From Candidatus Pacearchaeota archaeon (GTDB taxonomy: Archaea; Nanobdellota; Nanobdellia; Pacearchaeales; JAHJTO01): a DNA stretch of 64,000 bases. The stretch covers positions 142,584 through 206,583 of the forward strand of contig JAWCMS010000001.1 of the NCBI GenBank assembly GCA_038849525.1, given 5' to 3'. Made by a program: the position numbers and the translations under genes. Below, one piece after another: positions 37,076 to 47,517 of the stretch; the first letter of the stretch is position 1; each line of letters starts with the position of its first letter. Under the pieces are notes generated by a model. That model made no database searches and was not told where the DNA came from. It saw only the letters and a program-made list of their open reading frames with translations.

Positions 37076-37978
37076 TTATTTAATATATAATTCTACAATG
37101 TCTTTATCTTGAAGAACATGTTCTATCCCTACAATTTGGCCAGGAAATTTTGCAGATTGTCCCCATACTTTTGCTTTTATAAATCGTTCAGGAAAATCTT
37201 TTCTTATTTTTTCCGCCATTTCTTTTATCGTTGAACCAGATTTTATAACAAGTGGTTTATCAAGTTTTGGTTTCTTTCCCGGCTCTTTCGTGTAAATCCT
37301 TATAAGCCCTATTGAATGAAAAATTTTTTGCTTTATGTCCTCAATTCCAATTTTTTCTTTTATTGAAACTTTTAATACATCAAGTTTAGAAAATTTTTTT
37401 AATTCATCTTGCTCTAGCATTTCAACTTTATTTAAAATAAAAATTTTTTTGTTAGTTATATTTTCTTTTTTTAGTATTTCTGAAATACGTATGAGTTCGT
37501 CAAGGGAAGTAATCATAACTAAAATTAAATCAGAGGTTCTTGCAATACTTAATAGTTCTTTATCTTCTATATATGCCGGTAATTCAATTAATTGAATTTT
37601 TATTCCTTCTAAGTCTAAAGTCCCTATTTCTGGCTTTAATGTTATAAAAGGAATTTCAGAAATTTTTGGTTTAGCATTTGTCAATGTTGCAAGTAGCGAT
37701 GATTTGCCTGATTTTGTGTATCCTATGATAACGACTTGAGCATCACCTTCTTTTTTTATTCCTACGCTTTTTCCTTTCTTTTTTGCTTTTTCTTTTTCAA
37801 ATTCTTGTTTTAATTTTGATAATCTTAATCTTAATTGAGCTCTTAAGTTTTCAGCTCCTTTATGAGAAGGAGAAAGCGAAATCATTTTCTTTAATTTTTC
37901 TATTTTTTCTTCTAAAGTACAAGCTGCAAGAAATTCACGCTCTGCTTGCATGTATTCTGGAGATGCATTAATTGACAT
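37076..37978 (-). CDS. DRG/OBG-like GTP-binding protein with TGS domain
   Basis: GYTKSGKSS, NKVE, IRIYTKEPG, SAKFPGQIVG.EHVLQDKDIVE. Confidence 0.9.
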   Translation of the reverse strand: MSINASPEYMQAEREFLAACTLEEKIEKLKKMISLSPSHKGAENLRAQLRLRLSKLKQEFEKEKAKKKGKSVGIKKEGDAQVVIIGYTKSGKSSLLATLTNAKPKISEIPFITLKPEIGTLDLEGIKIQLIELPAYIEDKELLSIARTSDLILVMITSLDELIRISEILKKENITNKKIFILNKVEMLEQDELKKFSKLDVLKVSIKEKIGIEDIKQKIFHSIGLIRIYTKEPGKKPKLDKPLVIKSGSTIKEMAEKIRKDFPERFIKAKVWGQSAKFPGQIVGIEHVLQDKDIVELYIK

Positions 37979-38029
37979 GCTTATTTTTAGAATAGAAAAT
38001 TTAAAAGATTTCTGCTTGAAAATAATAAA

Positions 38030-38626
38030 TTATAATATAGCCGGCTCTATTAATTTATGTTCTTCTATTTTTGGTTTTAATTGCTGTATTTTATTTCTTA
38101 GATCTTTGTAAAATATCCATTTGCCATGGTGAACTTCGCTTTCTTTTAATAATTTATAGAATATACATGAATAATTATCTGCCCATTCTTTAAAATCTTT
38201 CTCCTTTGAACCTAACCAATTTAAAATAAGATTAATTTGTTCCATATTATAAAATTCTTGAAATGTAGTCTGGTCATTCATTATTGCAAAATATTCAGCA
38301 TTTTTTACCCAATCTTCTATTTCTAAACAATACTCAAGTCCTTTAAGGTCTGGATAGTTATCACGGTTAAATTTGTTTTCTGACCAATTTAAAGCCCCTT
38401 CATAAAATCCCACATTGAAACCATTTTTTTCAGAGATAATATACTTATCATCTTTTATTTCTTTTAACATTCCATATTCTTCATCACGTATCTTTCGATG
38501 AAGAGGGCTTTTTAGGTGCTTTTCAGAAATATAAATAAAAACTCTCCCATCAATCGTGTTTTTGTCAGGATAATCTAAATCTAGCTCTTCTTTAACATAA
38601 CCTGGAAAGCCAATGGTATTATCCAT
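38030..38626 (-). CDS. Hypothetical protein
   Basis: 198-aa ORF, no recognised motif. Confidence 0.6.
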   Translation of the reverse strand: MDNTIGFPGYVKEELDLDYPDKNTIDGRVFIYISEKHLKSPLHRKIRDEEYGMLKEIKDDKYIISEKNGFNVGFYEGALNWSENKFNRDNYPDLKGLEYCLEIEDWVKNAEYFAIMNDQTTFQEFYNMEQINLILNWLGSKEKDFKEWADNYSCIFYKLLKESEVHHGKWIFYKDLRNKIQQLKPKIEEHKLIEPAIL

Positions 38627-38801
38627 GACTAATTTTCTTAGCCTAGATTTCTATTTTTACTTATCTTTTTAGAAATTATTTAAATATAAAAATCTTTCTT
38701 TTTCTTACTTATTAGTAATTAGAATGAGTATGGTGGAAAAGTTTATATTAAATAAAAAACAATGTTAGTATTAAAATAAAATAAAGAGGATTTATTTCGG
38801 A

Positions 38802-40076
38802 ATGAGAGTAGACAATAATTTCTTTAGACAGGTTTTACCTAACGGTATGACTGTAATCTTCGAAAAAAGACAGTTTCCTTTAGTATCAATTTCAGCAGCT
38901 GTAAAGTTTGGTTCTGCTTATGAAAATGAAAGGTTGAAAGGTATGGCTCATTTTATAGAGCATGCTGTTTTCAAGGGTACAAAAAAAAGAACAAGACAGC
39001 AAATAGTAGAGGAAATAGAAAAAAAAGGTGGAATAATAAATGCATACACAGATGAAGAGATGACTGTTTTCTGGACAAAGCTTAGATCAAAATATTTTGA
39101 AACAGGAATAGACATTCTTGCAGACATAATGCTCAATCCTTTACTTAGTAAGAAAGATATTGATATGGAAAGAAACGTTATTTTAGAAGAGATAAAAATG
39201 TATCACGACTTGCCAAAATACTATGTCGCTGTAAAATTAAAGGAACAACTTTACGAATCTCCTTTTGGTTTATCTTCGTTAGGGACAGACAAAATTATAA
39301 AGAGTATTTCAAGACAAACGCTACAGAAATATCATAACATTCATTATTCTCCTTCTAATATTGTAGTCTCTATTGTTGGTGATGCGGATGTTGATAAAAT
39401 TTGGAATCTTTCAAAAAAAATGTTTTGTAAGGGACAAATTCAGGAACAAATAATAAAACCTTCTTTAACAATAAAGCCAGGAAAGTTTGGTAAAATAATA
39501 GAACCAAGAAAAGGAATTGATCAATTGCATCTTGCCTTAGGGTTTTATATGCCTAGTAAATCTGATAAATTAAGATATGCAGCAGAGATTTTTAATACTG
39601 CTTTTGGAGTAGGAATGTCTTCAAAACTTTGGCAAGAAATGAGAGAAAAGAGAGGGCTTGCTTATGACATAAGTAGTTGGCTTGATCAAGGAAAAAATTT
39701 TGGATATTGTTTTGTTACAGCAGGAATATTAAAAGGAAAACAAGAAATTGCGAAAAAAATAATTCTTGAAGAATTGAATAAATTTAAAGAATGGAATGCA
39801 AAAGAACTCGAAGAGACAAAAGAACAATTGATAGGTCAAAGAGAATCTGAGAATGAAATAAGCGAAAAAGTTGCAGATAATCTATTAAGAGAACAGCTAA
39901 TAGGGGACGCAAAAGAATACTATAAATATGCTGAAAAGATCTCTTCTGTAACGCTCGAGGACATTAAACAAATAATAACTAACATAAAGGATTATGCTTT
40001 TGTTGCTTTAGCTCCAGAGTCTGAAAAAAGTGTAAGAAAAAAAGATACAGTAAAAGAAGTATCTGAATTGAAATGA
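38802..40076 (+). CDS. M16 family zinc peptidase
   Basis: GMAHFIEHAVFKGT (HxxEH), NAYT, SSKLWQEMREKRGLAY. Confidence 0.95.
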   Translation: MRVDNNFFRQVLPNGMTVIFEKRQFPLVSISAAVKFGSAYENERLKGMAHFIEHAVFKGTKKRTRQQIVEEIEKKGGIINAYTDEEMTVFWTKLRSKYFETGIDILADIMLNPLLSKKDIDMERNVILEEIKMYHDLPKYYVAVKLKEQLYESPFGLSSLGTDKIIKSISRQTLQKYHNIHYSPSNIVVSIVGDADVDKIWNLSKKMFCKGQIQEQIIKPSLTIKPGKFGKIIEPRKGIDQLHLALGFYMPSKSDKLRYAAEIFNTAFGVGMSSKLWQEMREKRGLAYDISSWLDQGKNFGYCFVTAGILKGKQEIAKKIILEELNKFKEWNAKELEETKEQLIGQRESENEISEKVADNLLREQLIGDAKEYYKYAEKISSVTLEDIKQIITNIKDYAFVALAPESEKSVRKKDTVKEVSELK

Positions 40077-40612
40077 GATGTTTTATAGCGATAGATCTAC
40101 CAAAAGAAGTTAAAAAAGAAATTTCAGAAATACAAACTAAACTACCTGAAGGGAAATTGCTTTTTGTAAAACCTGAAATAGCACATTTAACAATAAAATT
40201 TCTTGGAGAAGTAGATGATTATAAATTAAACAGAATTAAAGAAATATTGAAAAAATTGCATTTTAAAAAATTTAAAGCTAAACTCAGTAATATTGGAGTA
40301 TTCACTCCCCATTTTATTAAGGTGGTATGGGTTAAATTAGAACCTGAAAAAGAATTTGAAGAAATTCATAATTTAATCGATAATTCTCTTTCCCTTGAAA
40401 ATTTTAAAAAAGATAAAAAATGGGAGAGTCATGTAACGCTTGCAAGAGTAAAGCATATTAAAAATAAAAACGAATTCATTAAAAAATTAAATGAAATAAA
40501 AGTAAAGCCAATTGAATTTAATGTTGATAATATTACATTAAAAAAATCAATTCTTACACCAGAAGGACCAATTTATGAAGATATTTTTAGTATAAGTTTA
40601 CTCAATAATTAA
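40073..40612 (+). CDS. thpR: RNA 2',3'-cyclic phosphodiesterase (2H family)
   Basis: MRCFIAID, HLTIKFLG, HVTLAR, GPIY. Confidence 0.93.
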   Translation: MRCFIAIDLPKEVKKEISEIQTKLPEGKLLFVKPEIAHLTIKFLGEVDDYKLNRIKEILKKLHFKKFKAKLSNIGVFTPHFIKVVWVKLEPEKEFEEIHNLIDNSLSLENFKKDKKWESHVTLARVKHIKNKNEFIKKLNEIKVKPIEFNVDNITLKKSILTPEGPIYEDIFSISLLNN

Positions 40613-41249
40613 TTTCGAGAAGTTTTTTTATTATAAGTGCCTTTTTCTTTCCTAATTTTGGAACTTTTTCAAGTTCTTCAAGGGAAGCATTAGAAATATT
40701 TTTAATACTTTTAAAATGTCTTAACATTTCTTTTGCAAGAGAAGGGCCTATTCCAGGAAAACTTTCAACAATCATTTGTTGTTGTTCTTTTATTGAATAA
40801 ACTTTTCTTTTTACTATTAAAGAGATATCCTTTCTTCTTTTTAATTGTTTTTTTGCTAGCAACATTAGATAATTTGCAGTATCTTCGTATCCTTCTGTAA
40901 ATATAAAAGGAATTTGAAATTCTGTTGCTATGCTTAACAGCATCCCTCTAACTGCATTTTCATGAATTCTTGAATGCAAAGAAGGTTTGTATAACGAATG
41001 ATAATCTTCTTTTTCTATTATTAACAAAGGAATTTTAAAATTATTTTTCAAATCATATAACTGTTTAGGAAGTCTTTTATTTATCATCGATGAAATAAAG
41101 TCATTTATTGTTTTTCTTTCTACCGCTATTTCATTGCTAATTAAATAATCTGCCAGAGTAAGATGTTTTAATTCAACTTCAACTCCAAGATTTTTTAATT
41201 CTGCTATTACAAGAGAATTTTTTTCTCTTATATCTGCAATGATTTTCAT
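40602..41249 (-). CDS. ERCC4/XPF nuclease with HhH2 (Hef nuclease half)
   Basis: ADIRE, ADY, VERKT..DF, PGIGP HhH pair. Confidence 0.92.
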   Translation of the reverse strand: MKIIADIREKNSLVIAELKNLGVEVELKHLTLADYLISNEIAVERKTINDFISSMINKRLPKQLYDLKNNFKIPLLIIEKEDYHSLYKPSLHSRIHENAVRGMLLSIATEFQIPFIFTEGYEDTANYLMLLAKKQLKRRKDISLIVKRKVYSIKEQQQMIVESFPGIGPSLAKEMLRHFKSIKNISNASLEELEKVPKLGKKKALIIKKLLEINY

Positions 41250-41336
41250 TTTTTATGCTTTATTTGTTTATTATCTTTTTAATTATATCTAATAAATTGC
41301 ATCAATATTTTTAATATCTTACTAATCATATATCTC

Positions 41337-41776
41337 ATGATGAGGCTTAATTGGGATAATTATCTTATGGAAATTGCCAAAATAGTAATGAAAAGATCAA
41401 CTTGCTTAAGAAGACAGACAGGAGCTGTTTTAGTAAAAGACAAGAGGATAATATCAATAGGCTATAATGGGGCTCCTACAAAATTGAAGCACTGCAATGA
41501 AATCGGTTGTTTAAGATTAAAGATAAATATTACGCCAGGAGAGAGAATGGAAATATGTAGAGCTGTTTATGCAGAAGAAAATACAATACTCCAAGCAGCA
41601 TTATACGGGGTAAGCACGAAAAATTCTATTTTATACACTGTGCTCTCACCATGTTCGCACTGTGCAAAATCTATAATAAATGCAAAAATTAAAGAAGTTG
41701 TTTGTTTAAAAAATATCCTGATAATCTTAGTATTAAATTGTTAAAAGAAGCTTGGATAAAATTAGGATTTCTTTAA
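41337..41776 (+). pseudogene. dCMP deaminase (ComEB-like), frameshifted with Zn-ligand His to Tyr
   Basis: RSTCLRR, GYNG, AVYAEEN (normally HAE), PCSHC; -1 frame at TTTAAAAAA (~41705-41713) restores KYPDNLSIKLLKEAWIK. Confidence 0.75.
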
Positions 41777-41779
41777 TAG

Positions 41780-43315
41780 TTAAAAAAATTCATTCATATT
41801 TTTTTGTTTTATTTTCTTGCTAAATTTTCTGTTTATGTTGTTAAGGACACCATACATTTTTCTTTCTTTACTAATAGAAGCATAGTGGTATGCTTCATCT
41901 CTTGTCATTTTTGTTATCAGTATAATTAATTTACCAGGTTTTAATCGCGCTGTTCTTCCTGTTCTTTGAATCTTTCTAATTGCAGATGGGATAGGTTCAT
42001 AAAAGACTACGCAATCAACTTCTGGCAAATCCAAACCTTCTTCTCCAATGCTTGTAGCAACGAGAACATTTATTTCACCAATCTTAAACTGATTGATTAT
42101 TTCATTTTGCTCTTTTTGACTAAGTCCTGTTTCTTCTTTACCAATAGTTTTTTTTGTTTGCCCCACAAAAATCTTTGCTTTTATACCTTGAATTTTATTT
42201 AGCCTTTTTGTTATTAAAACAACCGTATCACGATATTGGGAAAATACAATAAATCTTGCTTTAGGATTTTTCGATATTTCTTCTTTTATTATTTCTTCTA
42301 TTTTTTCAAGTTTTGGATGTTCTATATTATTTAATAGTTTTGATAATTCAATATATGCTGATGTAAATTGTTGAGATTTTATTATTTGTGAAACAGCCTT
42401 GCTTTTTTGCTTTTTTGCTTGTTCAAACAAAGAATGAATATATTTATACAAGGAGGATATTCCTTGGGTTTCAAGTAGTTCGAGAGCATGGTCAATTTTT
42501 ATTGCTTGGGCACATACACTTAATCCGCGAAGAATATTAAAATGATTGTTTCCAGAATAGACTTGTTTAGCTAATTTTGATTGAAGCTCTAAAAGATGAG
42601 TTTTTGTTGCGTTGCCGAAGAGAAGTTGTCTATTTTTAAGCTCGTCAATTTTTTTGTCATAAATATCTTTTAATAGTGAACGAATTCTTTTAAAACTATC
42701 TGGAAAATCAACTTTTATTATTTCAGTTTTTAACTCTTGAATATATGGTCTTACATCTTCACTGAATCTGTTTCTTATCTCAACTTTTTCTATCTTTAAA
42801 TTATTACATATTTCTTGTATTATTTTTGGATCTGAACCGGGAGATGCAGTTAGTCCTAAAATCTTACCATTACTTTGTTCACTAAATTTTTTAGCAACAA
42901 AAACATAATCATAGTTTTTAAGGCATCTATGGCATTCGTCCTCTATAAGTAAAGAGACATTTTCAAGAGAGATTTTATTTTTTCTTAAATCATTGGCAAT
43001 ACATTGCGGAGTTGAGAATACTATATCAGCAATCTTCCAAAGACTTTCTCTTTTTGTAGCATTTATTTTTCCAGTAAAAAGTTGCATTTCAGCATAAAGC
43101 TCTGGCAGATTTTCTTTAAAATAATTGAAATGTTGTTGGGTTAAAGGGCGTGTAGGAGCAAGAAACAATATTTTTGATTTTGGATTTTTAGATAGGTGAT
43201 ATTTTGTTAAAAGTAATGCTATCAAAGTTTTACCCATCCCCGTAGGCAAAATAACAAGGGTATTATTGTTTTTTGCTGTTTCAAAAATATTACGTTGATA
43301 TTCTCTAGGTTCCAT
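41780..43315 (-). CDS. Hef/FANCM-like SF2 helicase (helicase half)
   Basis: PTGMGKT, DECH, TASPG, ATSIGEEGLD, QRTGRTAR; C-terminal PIP QKNMNEFF. Confidence 0.93.
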   Translation of the reverse strand: MEPREYQRNIFETAKNNNTLVILPTGMGKTLIALLLTKYHLSKNPKSKILFLAPTRPLTQQHFNYFKENLPELYAEMQLFTGKINATKRESLWKIADIVFSTPQCIANDLRKNKISLENVSLLIEDECHRCLKNYDYVFVAKKFSEQSNGKILGLTASPGSDPKIIQEICNNLKIEKVEIRNRFSEDVRPYIQELKTEIIKVDFPDSFKRIRSLLKDIYDKKIDELKNRQLLFGNATKTHLLELQSKLAKQVYSGNNHFNILRGLSVCAQAIKIDHALELLETQGISSLYKYIHSLFEQAKKQKSKAVSQIIKSQQFTSAYIELSKLLNNIEHPKLEKIEEIIKEEISKNPKARFIVFSQYRDTVVLITKRLNKIQGIKAKIFVGQTKKTIGKEETGLSQKEQNEIINQFKIGEINVLVATSIGEEGLDLPEVDCVVFYEPIPSAIRKIQRTGRTARLKPGKLIILITKMTRDEAYHYASISKERKMYGVLNNINRKFSKKIKQKNMNEFF

Positions 43316-43368
43316 TTGCTTTCATAACTATTCAATAAATTTTTAAATTTATTTAGAATTTAAAATTA

Positions 43369-43638
43369 ATGATAATGCAGTTTTTAGGTATTATTGATCT
43401 TTTAATAAGCCTAAATATTGGATTAATGATATATGGTATTTATTTAAAATTAATTATTTTAATCGCCGGAATTTATCTTATTATAAAAGGATTGATATTT
43501 TTAAGTTCTTTAGCTAGTGTGATAGACATAATAACCGGGATTTTACTGATCGCAGGATATTTTTTTATTATCCCAAAATTTTTATTGATAATTATAACAT
43601 TAATTTTACTACAAAAAGGAATTTTTAGTCTTTTTTAA
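43369..43638 (+). CDS. Small membrane protein
   Basis: Highly hydrophobic with repeated KG.F motif. Confidence 0.7.
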   Translation: MIMQFLGIIDLLISLNIGLMIYGIYLKLIILIAGIYLIIKGLIFLSSLASVIDIITGILLIAGYFFIIPKFLLIIITLILLQKGIFSLF

Positions 43639-43676
43639 TATTCAGTCTTATACAAACTGTTCTCTAAAGTTAATTT

Positions 43677-44366
43677 TCAAGTATGCATTGAAATATAAAA
43701 AAGAATTACTGCTATTATTGCGATAAGTACTGCAGAGATTATTGTTGTTATTGGGGAAACTGTACCTAAAAGCAAGATAAGAACTATAGTTAAAACAAGA
43801 GAGAAAATCCAGAGCATTATCGAGCCAAAAAATATTTTTCCACCATCTAATTTTGAAATGGGGATTAGATTAAATAGGATAAAATAGAGATTTAGCATTG
43901 CGAAGTTGTTCCATCCGAATATTTGCGAAATTACTGCAAGTAAGGCATTAAAAAATAATCCTCCTACAGTTATAAGAGCAAGATCCCATTCTGTCAGTTC
44001 AGCATATTTTCTTCTGACACGAGAAGGTAATGGTATTGCTTCAAACGTTGTTAAAGCAAGCCATTTTACAAAACCAAAGGTGAATATTACTAGTAAAACA
44101 GGTAGTACAACCCATAAAGGAAAATTAAATTTGAAATAACTTTTTTTAGCAAGCCAAAATTGTTTTACTGTCCATAAGTTCACTTCTATAGAACAATCGT
44201 AAAATAAAGCTGTAAGCTTTTGGCCTATATGATGCACAAAAAGCACTATTAAAGCAAGCCCTGCAGCTGAAATCCATCCAAGCCATGTTATTGTTTTGAA
44301 TGAAATTGTATAACCTATTACAATTGCCGCAAGTAAAATTGAAATTGCTTCTTTTTTATTAAACAT
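43677..44366 (-). CDS. M50/site-2 protease-like membrane protein, degenerate
   Basis: NLIPISKLDGGKI retained; HExxH replaced by HHIGQ. Confidence 0.7.
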   Translation of the reverse strand: MFNKKEAISILLAAIVIGYTISFKTITWLGWISAAGLALIVLFVHHIGQKLTALFYDCSIEVNLWTVKQFWLAKKSYFKFNFPLWVVLPVLLVIFTFGFVKWLALTTFEAIPLPSRVRRKYAELTEWDLALITVGGLFFNALLAVISQIFGWNNFAMLNLYFILFNLIPISKLDGGKIFFGSIMLWIFSLVLTIVLILLLGTVSPITTIISAVLIAIIAVILFYISMHT

Positions 44367-44482
44367 CTATTTTAAAGAATCTCTTTTTTTAAAAATCTTT
44401 TTATAATAAATCTAAAAATTCTTTTTTTATATTAGAAAAATATATAAAGGATATGTTGCTTTTTAAAAAATAGGAGATTAGA

Positions 44483-44758
44483 ATGCTAAAAACAAAAAGA
44501 CTAAGAGAAGTTATAGGTATAAAAGTTTTTACTGACGGTGGTGACTATTTTGGAGAAGTTGAAGAAGTAAATATTATGGAAAACAAAGTAGACGGATGGA
44601 GAATAAAAATTGCGCGAGATTCTAGTTTGTCAGCCTTTTTAGGTAGCGCAAAGGGGCTTATTATTCCACATCAGTTTGTTAAAGCAATAGGTGATGTGAT
44701 GGTTGTAAGTCGTTCAGCTGTGCCAAGTAAAGAGGAAGAAACAGAAGAGACAGTGTAA
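44483..44758 (+). CDS. PRC-barrel protein (CdpB-like)
   Basis: VFTDGGDYFGEVEEV...IIPHQFVKAIGDVMVV. Confidence 0.88.
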   Translation: MLKTKRLREVIGIKVFTDGGDYFGEVEEVNIMENKVDGWRIKIARDSSLSAFLGSAKGLIIPHQFVKAIGDVMVVSRSAVPSKEEETEETV

Positions 44759-44829
44759 TTAAACTAAACTTTTTGAAAGTAAGGTTGGATCAAGTGTAGA
44801 ATATTAATACATTTTAAAAAAGGTGTGAG

Positions 44830-45324
44830 ATGGTTGCTTTAGGAATTTTAGGATCTGAAATTTTTACTAATGTTATTCTCCCATTTTTGTTTATTTTTAC
44901 AGTTATATTCGCAATTTTGGAAAAAACAAAATTTCTTGGAGAAAAGAAAGACATAAGTGCTATAGTTGCTCTTGTTTTTGGTTTAGTAAGTGTAGGTGTC
45001 CCATGGGCAATAGGCGTAGTTTTGAATATTATTCCGATAGTCGCAGTAATAGTTGTGATACTAATATCTTGGCTTATGACTTATGGGTTCATGGGTGGCT
45101 ATGAACCTGGAAAAGGAATTTCTGATGCTTGGAAAAAGACCTTTCAAATCTTATTAGGATTAGCTTTTATAGGAATAATAGTATTTTCAACTGGCATTTA
45201 TAAATTAGTAATGAACAAACCAGATTTAGCACGTCAAATAGGAGAGGCTATATTAATGATTGGAGCAATTATTGCAGTTATTGCTATAGTTATTTCTGGT
45301 GAAAAAGCTACGCCTGGCAGGTAG
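44830..45324 (+). CDS. Membrane protein, paralog 1
   Basis: ILPFLFIFTVIFAILEKTKFLG motif. Confidence 0.75.
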   Translation: MVALGILGSEIFTNVILPFLFIFTVIFAILEKTKFLGEKKDISAIVALVFGLVSVGVPWAIGVVLNIIPIVAVIVVILISWLMTYGFMGGYEPGKGISDAWKKTFQILLGLAFIGIIVFSTGIYKLVMNKPDLARQIGEAILMIGAIIAVIAIVISGEKATPGR

Positions 45325-45341
45325 AAGTCGAGACTCTTAAA

Positions 45342-45911
45342 ATGGTACACTTTTTTGATTTTAGGTATGCATTAATGCAATGGGAAGCGATAGGTATTTT
45401 TGATGTTATGCTGCCTTTTTTTCTTATATTTACTATTATATTTGCAATTCTTCAGAAAACCAAGATTTTTGGAGCAAGAAAAGGAATCGATGTTATTATC
45501 GCAATGACTATTTCTGCGCTTACGATTTTAAATCCTTTTGTAAATGATATTTTGAAAATAATATTGCAAAATGCAGTTATAGCTATTCTTATTATAATTG
45601 CTTTAATGCTTCTTTTAGGATTAATTTGGGGAGCGAAAAGACCTGAAATATGGACATATATTGGTGGAATGATTGGGCTTGTGATTTTTGTCTGGATTTT
45701 AGGAAGAGTGGCAGATTATTATGAAATGTATTATCCAGGAACTATAATCTTTTCGAGAGTGTGGTGGGAAAATAATTTACCATGGATAATTCCTCTTTTG
45801 ATTATAATTATTTTTGCAATAGTAGTTATAAGCTCTAGCAAAGAAAGACCATCTGGAACCCCTGCAGAGAAAATATGGAATGCATTAATGGAACGAAAAG
45901 AGGAATGGTAA
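45342..45911 (+). CDS. Membrane protein, paralog 2
   Basis: MLPFFLIFTIIFAILQKTKIFG motif. Confidence 0.75.
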   Translation: MVHFFDFRYALMQWEAIGIFDVMLPFFLIFTIIFAILQKTKIFGARKGIDVIIAMTISALTILNPFVNDILKIILQNAVIAILIIIALMLLLGLIWGAKRPEIWTYIGGMIGLVIFVWILGRVADYYEMYYPGTIIFSRVWWENNLPWIIPLLIIIIFAIVVISSSKERPSGTPAEKIWNALMERKEEW

Positions 45912-46036
45912 ATATTGCATAAAATTTTTGCAGAGTATAGTTAATGTTAATTGATTATGAGATAGCCAACATAAATTATTTTAATTCTTATTGTAACTAT
46001 AACAAATTTTAAATAGTTCTTTAATTTTTTAGAGAA

Positions 46037-46513
46037 ATGACATTATTATTACCAATAATGGCATTTTTGTTCGTATTTTTTGTAACTTATGCCTTACTTG
46101 CGAAAATCAGAATTTTGGGAGAAAACAATTTTATACATCTATTTATTAGCTTTATAATAGCAATAATTTTTGCAATTTCTCCAGGTGCAAAGGAGTTTAC
46201 TGTTATGACAATGCCATGGATCGCTGTTCTTCTTGTAATAATTTTTTCAGTTTTAATTGCATTTGCATTTGTCAAAGGAAGTATAGAAGACATAGTAAAA
46301 AGTTCTGCAGTTGCGATAATTATTGTGACTATTGTACTATTGATTTTTTTTATTTCAGCACTTAACGTCTTTGGACCTTTTTTTAGTCAGTATATGCCGG
46401 GACCAGAACAAAAACCTGGAATAATTAGTTTTTTAATTAACCCTGCTGTACTTGGAGCAATTATCTTATTAATAATTGCGGCTATTACATCATGGATACT
46501 TACAAAGCATTAG
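46037..46513 (+). CDS. Membrane protein, paralog 3
   Basis: IMAFLFVFFVTYALLAKIRILG motif. Confidence 0.75.
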   Translation: MTLLLPIMAFLFVFFVTYALLAKIRILGENNFIHLFISFIIAIIFAISPGAKEFTVMTMPWIAVLLVIIFSVLIAFAFVKGSIEDIVKSSAVAIIIVTIVLLIFFISALNVFGPFFSQYMPGPEQKPGIISFLINPAVLGAIILLIIAAITSWILTKH

Positions 46514-46541
46514 AATTAAATGTAAAAATTGAGGATTAAAA

Positions 46542-47447
46542 TTATTTTTTCTCTACTGTTTTAGTAATTTTTGTTACTTCTTTTACAACCTTACCATCTT
46601 CTTTTTTATGATGTGCCTGCTTATGTAGATTTTTTAGTTTTGGATGTTTATGGATAGCTATTGTTTTTATTTCTCTTTTGGCGGGCATTTGTTTAGGTTT
46701 TGCTTTTTTATGTATTATTGTTATTTCTTTTTTTATAGGGGGCGATGGTTTTTGAATAGATGGTTTTTTTAACTTTGCAACTTTCAGTTCTTCTGTTATC
46801 CTACTCAATTCTTTCATGTTTTCTACAAATGGAGAAAGAATCTTGCCAAATGCTCCTTCAAGCCCCACCATTTCTGCACTTAGATTTTTTATATCTCTCT
46901 GGTATTCTTGAACTTTTGATAGCAATGCAGCTTGTAATCTATCCATTGAAGACTCTATCCTTTTTATTCTTTCATCAATGCTTGAAATTCTTTTTTCAGC
47001 ATAAATTTTCCATTCTATAACATCTGAGATTTTTCCTTTTATTTCAGACCATTTTTCATTTACTATTTCTTCTGCTATCTCTTCTATTGCTTCTGTTTCT
47101 ATTTTTGGAGCAATTTCTGGTGCAACAGGATATTGATAAGGATAGGCGGGATATTCTGTTGAAGGTGTAGTAGGAGTTATTACGGGAGCTGGAACAATAG
47201 ATGGTTTAGGAATCGGTGTTTCATAAGCTGAAGGTGTTGGAATTTGTGAAGTTTCTTTTGTTAGTATAGATGGCTGCAAACCTTCTACTCCTATAATTTC
47301 TTTTTTTATTTTAGCCTGATTTAAAGCATCTGTAATTTGGACTGGCGAATATCCAGCGTCTGTAAGCCTTTTTATTATATCCATATCAGAAAGGCCTTGT
47401 TGTAACATATTCAAAACTTCAGATACTGGTGTTTCTCTATCAACCAT
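46542..47447 (-). CDS. Hypothetical protein: helical N-domain, Pro-rich linker, coiled coil, basic tail
   Basis: QGLSD..II..L...GYSP.QI..A; IEEIAEEIVNEKW coiled coil. Confidence 0.7.
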   Translation of the reverse strand: MVDRETPVSEVLNMLQQGLSDMDIIKRLTDAGYSPVQITDALNQAKIKKEIIGVEGLQPSILTKETSQIPTPSAYETPIPKPSIVPAPVITPTTPSTEYPAYPYQYPVAPEIAPKIETEAIEEIAEEIVNEKWSEIKGKISDVIEWKIYAEKRISSIDERIKRIESSMDRLQAALLSKVQEYQRDIKNLSAEMVGLEGAFGKILSPFVENMKELSRITEELKVAKLKKPSIQKPSPPIKKEITIIHKKAKPKQMPAKREIKTIAIHKHPKLKNLHKQAHHKKEDGKVVKEVTKITKTVEKK

Positions 47448-47517
47448 CTTTTTATATTATTTTTAAGAAATCTGATATTTAAAATGTTTGTGATTTCTTT
47501 TATTAGCAAAATATTTA

